From the NCBI RefSeq assembly GCF_001945605.1, contig NZ_MPKA01000139.1, positions 30,001 through 62,000 of the forward strand: DNA of 32,000 bases. The letters are read 5' to 3'. The position numbers were made by a program, and so were the translations under genes. The notes under the pieces are model-generated. The model had not been told where the DNA came from. It did not search any database and saw only the letters and a list, made by a program, of their open reading frames with translations. Position 1 is the stretch's first letter; every line of letters begins with the position of its first letter. This stretch comes from Dubosiella newyorkensis. Its GTDB lineage: Bacteria; Bacillota_I; Bacilli_A; Erysipelotrichales; Erysipelotrichaceae. Shown here in pieces: positions 8,820 through 15,825 of the stretch.

Positions 8820-9276
8820 AATTCGAAAATAGGAGGTGGCTACCCTATATTGAACACCACTGCTCTTGTATTTACGGAGATTCCTTTTTCAAAAAGAAAA
8901 GCAGGCAGTCTGATCAATTCTTCCAAAGGCAAGATTTATATCCACAATCACGCGGATCTTGAACGGGTCAGAATGATCCTGTCCTGTTTGTGAAATGTAT
9001 TTGAAGTCTGGTTTTACCGAAATGCGCAAAGGGATCAACAAATACTTTAAATGGTAAACGTTGCTTTTAGCCCAGCCGACCTGCATAGACAGTAAATGTA
9101 GGAGTCATGTTCATCCCAAGTTCTTTGCAGACAGTCGATGTAGCCATTTTTACTCATCATTTTCAACGATTCTTCTCTCCTAGCTTGGCGGCTTCTATTT
9201 AGAATCCTTAAGCATCTATCATGCGTTTTTCTTAAAAACTTTCTACAATAGAAATAGAACAAAGGAGAATAAGAAT

Positions 9277-9570
9277 ATGGCAGAAGATAAAATCATCAAA
9301 GACAATTCAAAAGAAGATCTTGAAGCGATGGAAGCATTCGATACGGCAGTTCAATTAGAACCAAAGACCGATGTTTGGGTATGCACAGTATGTGGATGGA
9401 TGTATGATCCAAAATTAGGATTGCCAGCAAAAGGAATCGAACCAGGAACAAGCTTTGAAGACCTTCCATACGATTTTGTATGTCCACTATGTCACGCGCC
9501 AAAATCCGATTTTGTGATGAAAGTCGAAGTCAATCCAGACGATGGCGGTGAATCGATCACGAACGCGTAG
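9277..9570 (+). CDS. Rubredoxin-domain protein with N- and C-terminal extensions
   Basis: [12 protein letters not shown]...[14 protein letters not shown] has the two CxxC knuckles and the aromatic core of rubredoxin. SD AAAGGAG precedes ATG 9277. Confidence 0.9.
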   Translation: MAEDKIIKDNSKEDLEAMEAFDTAVQLEPKTDVWVCTVCGWMYDPKLGLPAKGIEPGTSFEDLPYDFVCPLCHAPKSDFVMKVEVNPDDGGESITNA

Positions 9571-9608
9571 TAAAAAAAAGAAAAATAATCAATTTCATGT
9601 TTCTTTCT

Positions 9609-9640
9609 AGACGTCATTCCTTGAGTTGACGTCTTTTTTT
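9609..9640 (+). terminator. Rho-independent terminator after the rubredoxin gene
   Basis: AGACGTCA (9609-9616) / TGACGTCT (9627-9634) followed by T7. Confidence 0.8.
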
Positions 9641-9643
9641 AAT

Positions 9644-9668
9644 AAAAAAACCAGCACGAGGCTGGTTT
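9644..9668 (-). terminator. Rho-independent terminator of the 9684-9956 gene
   Basis: On the minus strand, CCAGC / GCTGG (9651-9655 / 9661-9665) is followed by T7 (plus-strand A-run 9644-9650). Confidence 0.7.
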
Positions 9669-9683
9669 AGATCAAACGATCCC

Positions 9684-9956
9684 TTATTTTTCCATGTCTT
9701 CTACGACTTTTAAGGCTTTTTCCAACAAAGCGATTTTATCGGCTTCTACTTGAGCGGCTTTTTCATCGCCGTTTTCTTTATGGCGTTTTTCCCAGCCCTT
9801 TAAAGAACCAATGCGATCATCGATGCGGTCTTTACTGTTTTGAGCGTATTTTCCAGTGGATTCATAATGCTCTACAAGATCGGCAACGACTTCATCTCCA
9901 TACTCTGTTTGGCCAATCGCTTTTTTCAAGTTGGCTTCAAAATCTTTTTTGTTCAT
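9684..9956 (-). CDS. Hypothetical small charged helical protein (90 aa)
   Basis: Strong SD AGGAGG 8 nt upstream of the ATG, with a terminator downstream. No family recognised. Confidence 0.65.
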   Translation of the reverse strand: MNKKDFEANLKKAIGQTEYGDEVVADLVEHYESTGKYAQNSKDRIDDRIGSLKGWEKRHKENGDEKAAQVEADKIALLEKALKVVEDMEK

Positions 9957-9998
9957 GGTGAATACCTCCTATTGAATGTCAACATTCTAAAATAAAGG

Positions 9999-10004
9999 AT
10001 TATA
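9999..10004 (-). promoter_or_regulatory. Candidate -10 box (TATAAT on minus strand) for the 90-aa gene
   Basis: Plus-strand ATTATA at 9999-10004 is TATAAT on the minus strand, about 45 nt upstream of the ATG. The -35 is poor. Confidence 0.3.
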
Positions 10005-10123
10005 AGAGTAAATTAATTTGACCTTGATAAATCAAGCGTCCTTCTTCTTTCTTTATCAAGCAAGGCTTTTTCTTTTTTTTAAGCAAGTGCGTATAATATA
10101 ACCGATTTAAATGGGAGGATCGT

Positions 10124-11116
10124 ATGGCTTTAGAACATTCTTTAGAAAGAATCACCTATATAAATAACGGAAAGAAAGAACAACTGCAAGTAGCCGATCT
10201 CATCTGGGCGTTCTATCATCAAAATGGACTCTATCTTATCAGCAAAGAACACCATATCTATGTCTTTGAAATCAACAAAGATAAAGTCGATTCGATTTAC
10301 GAAGCCCTTCAAAAAAGCAATCCATCGATCTATACAGGCGCATTGAAAGGACATCGCATTGGCCTTCGCTCTCTTCCCAATACGCGCGATTATGGCGGCA
10401 TGCAAACTACCGATGGACGCTTTATCCTGCCAAAAAAGCTGATTCGTTCCGGAGAACTCCATAAAGCATCCAAAGAAGACAAGAAAACGCTCTTAAATGA
10501 ATACGATCTTAAAACAATTGTTGACCTTCGCTCCGAAGCGGAAAGACTTTTGCAACCCGATCCGATCATGCTTCCCGTCATGCATTATGACGATACAGCC
10601 CGAGAATTATCTGAACTCGATCTTTTGCAGCACGATCTAAAAGCAAAAGGCATCACAGGCACGCTCTTTGAAGCAAAAGAACTCATGGAAAAACTCTATG
10701 AAGATCTTGTCGTCAGCAAACAAGGAATCAATTGCTATAAGAAGCTGTTTCGGATCTTGCTCGACCACGAAGAAGGCGCCTTTCTCTGGCATTGCACCCA
10801 AGGAAAAGATCGAACCGGCATTGGCGCGATGCTGATCTTGAGCGCTCTAGGCGTATCCAAAGAAGACATCTACAAAGACTATGAACAAAGCTCCTTATAT
10901 TTAAAAGGGCAAAAAGAAGACTTGCTGCTGAAGTGCGAAAAACACCCCGAATGGAAAGAAGGAGTCGATGCCTGGTGCGAAGCCAAAAAGAAATACCTAG
11001 ACATCGCCTATGAAAACATCAAAGACGCCTACGGAAGCGTCGATCGCTATTTGAAAGAAGCGCTCGAACTCAGCCAAGAAGATATCACCACACTACAAGA
11101 CCGTTTGCTTGTATAA
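10124..11116 (+). CDS. Protein-tyrosine phosphatase (Y_phosphatase3-like, CX5R) with an extra N-terminal domain
   Basis: Active-site loop WHCTQGKDRTGI (HCX5R), upstream NTRDYGG motif, and about 75 extra aa at the N-terminus. SD GGGAGG precedes ATG 10124. Confidence 0.85.
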   Translation: MALEHSLERITYINNGKKEQLQVADLIWAFYHQNGLYLISKEHHIYVFEINKDKVDSIYEALQKSNPSIYTGALKGHRIGLRSLPNTRDYGGMQTTDGRFILPKKLIRSGELHKASKEDKKTLLNEYDLKTIVDLRSEAERLLQPDPIMLPVMHYDDTARELSELDLLQHDLKAKGITGTLFEAKELMEKLYEDLVVSKQGINCYKKLFRILLDHEEGAFLWHCTQGKDRTGIGAMLILSALGVSKEDIYKDYEQSSLYLKGQKEDLLLKCEKHPEWKEGVDAWCEAKKKYLDIAYENIKDAYGSVDRYLKEALELSQEDITTLQDRLLV

Positions 11117-11129
11117 AAGTTATATAACA

Positions 11130-11463
11130 CCTATAACAAATAAGGGGGCTTATGGATTGCGAATACTCTATATAAATGGTAGTTTATTAACAGAGCTAGA
11201 CAGCGAAACGATTAAATTCTAAGATTAAGCCCTTCAAAGACAGTCTACCTAAATAATATTGAGTGGATTTTAATTTGGACATGGGAGTTCTTGGTGTATT
11301 AAAAATATAGATCGAATTGGAATCAATAAGGGGAAATCGTGGATTTAATAACGGGGATGTTTGCGCCAGCTTAGAAAATGGAACTTGCAGTTTTCGTTTC
11401 AATTCGAATATAGACTGTCGGAAAACACTTTCCAAATTCGAAGACCCGAAAGGGTCTTTTTTT
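11130..11463 (+). ncRNA. Candidate non-coding transcript or long structured 3' UTR ending at a strong terminator
   Basis: No credible ORF. Repeated modules AATAA[G/C]GGGG at 11138, 11323 and 11344, and [A/G]TGGATT at 11152, 11262 and 11338. A strong + strand terminator lies at the 3' end. The 5' end is undefined. Confidence 0.25.
11440..11463 (+). terminator. Rho-independent terminator (+ strand)
   Basis: AGACCC (11442-11447), GAAA loop, GGGTCT (11452-11457), then T7 (11457-11463). Confidence 0.85.
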
Positions 11464-11465
11464 GA

Positions 11466-11495
11466 TGCAAAAAAGCTTGAGATCCACTCAAGCTT
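11466..11495 (-). terminator. Rho-independent terminator of the thiT-like gene
   Basis: AAGCTTGAG (11473-11481) / CTCAAGCTT (11487-11495). On the minus strand it is followed by a T-run. It overlaps the stop codon. Confidence 0.75.
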
Positions 11496-12009
11496 TCAAC
11501 GTTTTCTTCAATACAGGCTCCAAAGCTTTATACAATAAAGGAACCAAAACCAAACCAAGGATCAGAGTTGGCAACATATAGGAAGCGTTGTAAGTGATCG
11601 AAGCCCACAATGGCGTTTCCCAACAAACGATCCCGCTGATCGTGCTCGAAACAAAACGAATCAAATTTGTGATCAGCACACCCGAATAAAAATACCCAAA
11701 ATTAGGAAACAAGCACGCCAAACCATACACGCTAAAGCCAATAAAGTAATCCAGTAAAAAACCTAACAAATTCGGCGTGTACATTGGACCTGTCACAAAT
11801 TGAGCGAACACGCTCAAGATCGATACCACAAGCCCTTTCTTCCAGCCAAGCTGATAGCTTGCCATCAACAAGGCGATCGTCGAGATCCCCAAGCTGCCGC
11901 CATTAGGCATCTGAAAAAGAGGAAGCGCGTTGACAAAAGTATCCAACACCATGAACAAAGCCACATAAAACGCCATTAACACCAATTCTCTGACCGATAG
12001 ATTTTTCAT
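11488..12009 (-). CDS. thiT: Energy-coupling-factor S component, thiamine transporter ThiT-like
   Basis: 173-aa 6-TM protein starting MKNLSVRELVLMAFYVALFMVL..., with the FQMPNGGSLG motif. It sits immediately downstream of a TPP riboswitch. The ORF-track start at 12141 runs through the riboswitch and is rejected. Confidence 0.85.
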   Translation of the reverse strand: MKNLSVRELVLMAFYVALFMVLDTFVNALPLFQMPNGGSLGISTIALLMASYQLGWKKGLVVSILSVFAQFVTGPMYTPNLLGFLLDYFIGFSVYGLACLFPNFGYFYSGVLITNLIRFVSSTISGIVCWETPLWASITYNASYMLPTLILGLVLVPLLYKALEPVLKKTLKA

Positions 12010-12130
12010 AAAAAAACACCTCCGTTTACGAGGCGTAGGAAAAAAATAGAGACTCCCTACGCTAGTATTATCTAGATCAGGTCGAAGGGACCGCATACGC
12101 ATCTCAGCCTTTCGGCGCCCCTGTCTTGAC
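12010..12130 (-). promoter_or_regulatory. TPP (THI-box) riboswitch with SD-containing terminator/sequestor hairpin
   Basis: Minus strand reads AGACAGGGGCGCCGAAAGGCTGAGATGCGTATGCGGTCCCTTCGAACCTGATCTAGATAATACTAGCGTAGGGAGTCT. P1 is AGAC/GTCT, and CTGAGA and ACCTGATCTAGATAATACTAGCGTAGGGA are the conserved THI-box cores. The downstream hairpin ACGCCTC/GAGGTGT contains the GGAGG SD and is followed by a T-run and the ATG. Confidence 0.9.
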
Positions 12131-12136
12131 ACGAAC

Positions 12137-12145
12137 ATCATACCA
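12137..12145 (-). promoter_or_regulatory. Extended -10 promoter (TGGTATGAT) for riboswitch-thiT
   Basis: The minus strand has TGnTATGAT about 7-10 nt upstream of the riboswitch P1. Confidence 0.5.
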
Positions 12146-12162
12146 TAAAAAAAGAAAAATAG

Positions 12163-12191
12163 ATAAAAAAAATAAACCAGCCAAGCTGGTT
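12163..12191 (-). terminator. Rho-independent terminator of the rnj-phosphoesterase operon
   Basis: AACCAGC / GCTGGTT (12175-12181 / 12185-12191), followed on the minus strand by a T-rich run. Confidence 0.75.
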
Positions 12192-12202
12192 AAAAAAGAA
12201 GA

Positions 12203-13054
12203 TCAACGAGAAAAAACAAGATAAATGATTTCCGGCTTCGAATTGAGCCGCGCATTGACTTTGATACACCCCGTACCACTCGAAATCATATAAGGAAAAG
12301 AAAGCTTGGCACCATCCGCCCGATTGAGCTTTTCATTGCCAGGCCATTTACGATAGCCACCATAAATCGGATACATGATCTGGGTCCCATGCGAATTGCC
12401 CGCGATCCCCAACGAAATACTATGCCCCTTCAAAGAATCATCTAAAAAAGGATCGGCATAATGAGAAACTAATAAATTATAGGTTTGATCCCCAATCCCC
12501 GTCAAAGCCTGCTCCATATTTGGATCCGGATACAATCCGATCAGCTCGATCCCTTGCGAAGATCGATTCGTGATCAGCCGATTCGTGTTGTTCAAAACTT
12601 CGAACTGCGCCTGATGATAAATATCATTCACCTGCTGCAAGCGCTCTTCATTGATCAGATCTTGTTCGCCAAGGACCGCGAATTTTCCCAACGGCGCGTC
12701 GATCGCCGAAAGGCGGGCAATCATATCCGCTTTCGCTTCCTCGCTCACCGTATAATTTTCCGCAAGCAGATCGCCGCCAAAAATAAAAATATCCGCATGC
12801 AGATCGTTCAGCTTTTTGAACAAACGATCCACCCGCCCTTTATTTTCAAAAGCGCCATATTCTAGATCCGTAAAATACGCGATCGAAACATCCTTCATTT
12901 CATCGGGGATTTTCTTTTCTTTGATCATTTTATATTGGATCACCACTTCATTGGGATCGACATAGATCGCGCGATACAAAGAGAAACAAATCGTCATCAT
13001 ACACACGCTCAAGCACGCAACGATCACAAATAAAATCTTCTGTAGTTTCGTCAT
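12203..13054 (-). CDS. Membrane-anchored metallophosphoesterase (calcineurin-like, YkuE-type)
   Basis: MTKLQKILFVIVACLSVCMMTICF TM anchor, then DLEYG, IFIFGGDL and GNSHGTQI metallophosphatase motifs. The start at 13054 avoids overlap with rnj (the ORF-track start is 13147). Confidence 0.85.
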   Translation of the reverse strand: MTKLQKILFVIVACLSVCMMTICFSLYRAIYVDPNEVVIQYKMIKEKKIPDEMKDVSIAYFTDLEYGAFENKGRVDRLFKKLNDLHADIFIFGGDLLAENYTVSEEAKADMIARLSAIDAPLGKFAVLGEQDLINEERLQQVNDIYHQAQFEVLNNTNRLITNRSSQGIELIGLYPDPNMEQALTGIGDQTYNLLVSHYADPFLDDSLKGHSISLGIAGNSHGTQIMYPIYGGYRKWPGNEKLNRADGAKLSFPYMISSGTGCIKVNARLNSKPEIIYLVFSR

Positions 13055-13085
13055 ACACCAAATTTTATCATAAAAAAGAGAAGAA

Positions 13086-14918
13086 TTATTTTTCTTCTCT
13101 TTCAATATGCTCTTTTTTTGTATGGATCGGACGTTTGGAACGCGCATGCGCCGTCCGCTTTTTCGTCAGCTCTTCCATCGTCTGCTTTGAATTCAAGATC
13201 ACAGGGATGACGATCGGATTTCGCTTCGTCTTCTTATACAAGAAAGGCTCAAGCGTCGAACGAATACAATTCTTGATCTCCGAGAACGTCGTTTTCTCCT
13301 TCATCTTTTCCTGCAAAGAAGCGTTCACGATAAATTCAGCCTCCTTGATTAGCGATTGCGAATCTTTAATAAAGACGAAACCGCGCGAAACGATGATCGG
13401 ACGCGATAAGATCTTGTTTTCCTTCGAATCGATCGCGATCACGACCGCCACAAGACCATTGTCCGCCAAAATACGACGATCCTTCAACACAGCCGTCGAA
13501 AGACCCGTAATATCGTTTCCATCGACATAGATATCATCGCCTTGATAACGCCAGTCGCTTTGAAGCACCTCATGATTGCGCAAGATCAAAATATCTCCAT
13601 TCGCGCACACGAAGATCTTATTCGGATCCATTCCCGTATCGATAGCGGTTTGCCGATGCTGCATGAGCATCTTGAACTCGCCATGGATCGGCATAAAATA
13701 ACGAGGCTTGATCAACTGAAGCATGAGCTTTTGCTCTTCACGCGAAGCATGCCCCGTCGTATGCAGGTTCGTCAAGACCGAACGCGACAAAACCGTCGCC
13801 CCAGAACGGAACAGCTTATCGATGATCTTGTTGACACTAGCCGTATTGCCAGGAATCGGATTAGACGAGAAGACGACCGTATCGCTTGGCTTCAAATGAA
13901 TATGCCGATGCGTGCCCGAAGCGATCCGAGACAAAGCCGCCAAAGGCTCGCCTTGAGAACCTGTACATAAAATACAAACCTCCGAATCTGGCGTATGCGC
14001 AAGCTGGTCTGGGGAAAGAAGATCCGAATTCTTGATCTTGATCACACCCATCTTACGCCCGATATCCACGACATTCTCCATGCTTCTTCCAAAGACAGCC
14101 ACTTTACGATGACATTTCAAAGCCGCCTCGATGATTTGATTCACACGATAGACATTAGAAGCGAACGTCGCGATAATGATCCGATGCTTGGCGTTGCGCA
14201 TGATCTCCAACAACTCATTGGCGACATCCTTTTCCGAAATAGAGAATTCCTCAACCCCTGAATTCGTCGAATCCGACATTAAAAGATCTGGCTGCATCAC
14301 GCCAATATACGCCATTTTTTGATAATCGGCATTCGTGCCGATCGGCGTCAAGTCAAACTTGAAATCGCCAGTATGGACGATCGAACCATTTGGCGTCGTG
14401 ATCAAGACCCCTAAAGAATCCGGGATCGAGTGGATCGTATTAAAGAAGCCCACCGTAAAATAACGAGTCTTAATGGAAGAATCCTCATTGATCTCAATGA
14501 TCGGAACTTTTTCCAATCCTTTGTGTTCACTTAATTTTTTTAGAATGAGCGCTTTGGCAAACCGAGGAGCATAGATCGCGTCGATCTGAACTTGCTTGAG
14601 CAAAAATGGAATACCACCAATATGATCTTCGTGACCATGCGTGATCACGAGAAATTTCCGCTTCTTATTCATACGGATCAAATGGTGATAATCGGGGATC
14701 ACATAATCGACCCCAAGAAGTTCATCGCCAGGGAACAAGACCCCACAATCGACGATACATATTTCGTTTTCATACTCATAGCAATACATATTTTTACCAA
14801 CTTCGCCAAGACCACCCAACGCGTAAATGAGCGTGTCGCCTTTTTGAACTTGGTTTTTATTATGATATGTCTTCTTGTTTGTCAAATGCCCCGAATGTTG
14901 ATTTGATTGTTTTGGCAT
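13086..14918 (-). CDS. rnj: Ribonuclease J (beta-CASP metallo-beta-lactamase RNase)
   Basis: ITHGHEDHIGG motif, beta-CASP and C-terminal domains, 610 aa with a basic C-terminal tail. SD AGAGG precedes the ATG at 14918. Confidence 0.95.
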   Translation of the reverse strand: MPKQSNQHSGHLTNKKTYHNKNQVQKGDTLIYALGGLGEVGKNMYCYEYENEICIVDCGVLFPGDELLGVDYVIPDYHHLIRMNKKRKFLVITHGHEDHIGGIPFLLKQVQIDAIYAPRFAKALILKKLSEHKGLEKVPIIEINEDSSIKTRYFTVGFFNTIHSIPDSLGVLITTPNGSIVHTGDFKFDLTPIGTNADYQKMAYIGVMQPDLLMSDSTNSGVEEFSISEKDVANELLEIMRNAKHRIIIATFASNVYRVNQIIEAALKCHRKVAVFGRSMENVVDIGRKMGVIKIKNSDLLSPDQLAHTPDSEVCILCTGSQGEPLAALSRIASGTHRHIHLKPSDTVVFSSNPIPGNTASVNKIIDKLFRSGATVLSRSVLTNLHTTGHASREEQKLMLQLIKPRYFMPIHGEFKMLMQHRQTAIDTGMDPNKIFVCANGDILILRNHEVLQSDWRYQGDDIYVDGNDITGLSTAVLKDRRILADNGLVAVVIAIDSKENKILSRPIIVSRGFVFIKDSQSLIKEAEFIVNASLQEKMKEKTTFSEIKNCIRSTLEPFLYKKTKRNPIVIPVILNSKQTMEELTKKRTAHARSKRPIHTKKEHIEREEK

Positions 14919-14970
14919 TTAAGACCTCTTTCTAAGCAAAAAACCTATTCATATTATACATTAAAACCAT

Positions 14971-15000
14971 AAAAAAAACAGAAGCTTCAATAGACTTCTG
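14971..15000 (-). terminator. Rho-independent terminator after def
   Basis: On the minus strand, CAGAAG (15000-14995) / CTTCTG (14984-14979) is followed by T8. It overlaps the def stop. Confidence 0.7.
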
Positions 15001-15547
15001 CTTCTGGATCGCTCAAGAACGGATCATTCTTATGAATTCGATCATAATATAAGATCCCCGATAAATGATCGATCTCGTGCTGGAGGCAGATCGCCAAAAA
15101 ACCAGACGCGCTGATCACGATCGACTCATCCCGCAAAAGATCATACGCTCTCACCTTGATCCGCGCATGCCGATACGAATAGCCTTGATGCTCTTCTTTG
15201 ACCGAAAGACACCCTTCGCCATGCTCTAAATACGAGTTCTGCACCGATTCCGAAATGATCTTTGGATTCACGAGCGCGAATTCAATATTTTCTTCCTCAT
15301 TGTTTGGATCCGGCACGACGACCGCGATCATGTTTTTAGGCACGCCAACTTGGATCGCCGCGATCCCGACAGCCGGCTGCAAATTTTCCGCCTCCGCTTT
15401 TTCATCATCCTGCGAATCCCGCACATAGGTAAGCATCGCCTCTAACAATTTTCGATCTTCGCTAGAAAGAGGCAAAGACACAGGTTCGCTTTTTGTCCGG
15501 ATCAGCGGATCATGATCGCTGATGATCGAATCTACTGTAATTTTCAT
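14987..15547 (-). CDS. def: Peptide deformylase
   Basis: GIAAIQVG, EGCLS and QHEIDHL motifs. ATG at 15547 lies 8 nt after AGGAGG (the ORF-track TTG at 15550 is one codon upstream). Confidence 0.95.
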   Translation of the reverse strand: MKITVDSIISDHDPLIRTKSEPVSLPLSSEDRKLLEAMLTYVRDSQDDEKAEAENLQPAVGIAAIQVGVPKNMIAVVVPDPNNEEENIEFALVNPKIISESVQNSYLEHGEGCLSVKEEHQGYSYRHARIKVRAYDLLRDESIVISASGFLAICLQHEIDHLSGILYYDRIHKNDPFLSDPEAEVY

Positions 15548-15633
15548 CAATGTAACCTCCTGTATATCTTATTGTCAACAACTCACAGCAATAGCCATGA
15601 GCCTGTAACTTCAGACATCGCATTCACTTTCAT

Positions 15634-15642
15634 ATTATAGCA
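15634..15642 (-). promoter_or_regulatory. Extended -10 promoter (TGCTATAAT) for def
   Basis: Exact TGnTATAAT on the minus strand, about 90 nt upstream of the def ATG. Confidence 0.45.
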
Positions 15643-15810
15643 TCGCATCCAAAAAAACTCATTGTTTCCAATGGATTCATAAGTAAAATGTGATAGGCAA
15701 TATTGAGCAGTGAACCAGACTCGAAAATTGAGTTTTAAAATGACTTTACCCACTCCATCTATGGATCTTGACGCTCTTTGATAATGTTTTTGTTTCCTTC
15801 CTTCGTTGTG

Positions 15811-15819
15811 TGATATGAT
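15811..15819 (+). promoter_or_regulatory. Extended -10 promoter (TGATATGAT) abutting the ftsW/rodA-like start codon
   Basis: TGnTATGAT at 15811-15819. The ATG at 15826 lies 7 nt after the hexamer, with no SD between them. Confidence 0.35.
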
Positions 15820-15825
15820 AAATCC

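Noticed and set aside
5868-8848. 8-bp direct repeat TACCCTAT on both flanks of the AT-rich island (about 5868 and 8841), considered as a target-site duplication.
   Set aside because: An 8-mer shared between two ~150-bp junction regions is expected by chance about one time in three. No terminal inverted repeats or recombinase gene accompany it.
11143-11470. tmRNA, suggested by GGGGCTTATGGATTGCGAA resembling the ssrA 5' end. 6S, SRP and RNase P RNAs were also considered.
   Set aside because: There is no tRNA-like 3' end (no T-arm GGTTCGAxTCC or CCA), no tag reading frame ending in a hydrophobic tail, and no GGAAGCAG (SRP) or GAGGAAAGTCC (RNase P) core.
11196-11538. ORFs 11196-11435(-) and 11317-11538(+) in the phosphatase-thiT spacer.
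   Set aside because: They have no SD, they cross one or both convergent terminators, and the + ORF runs antisense into the thiT 3' end. Their composition is not protein-like.
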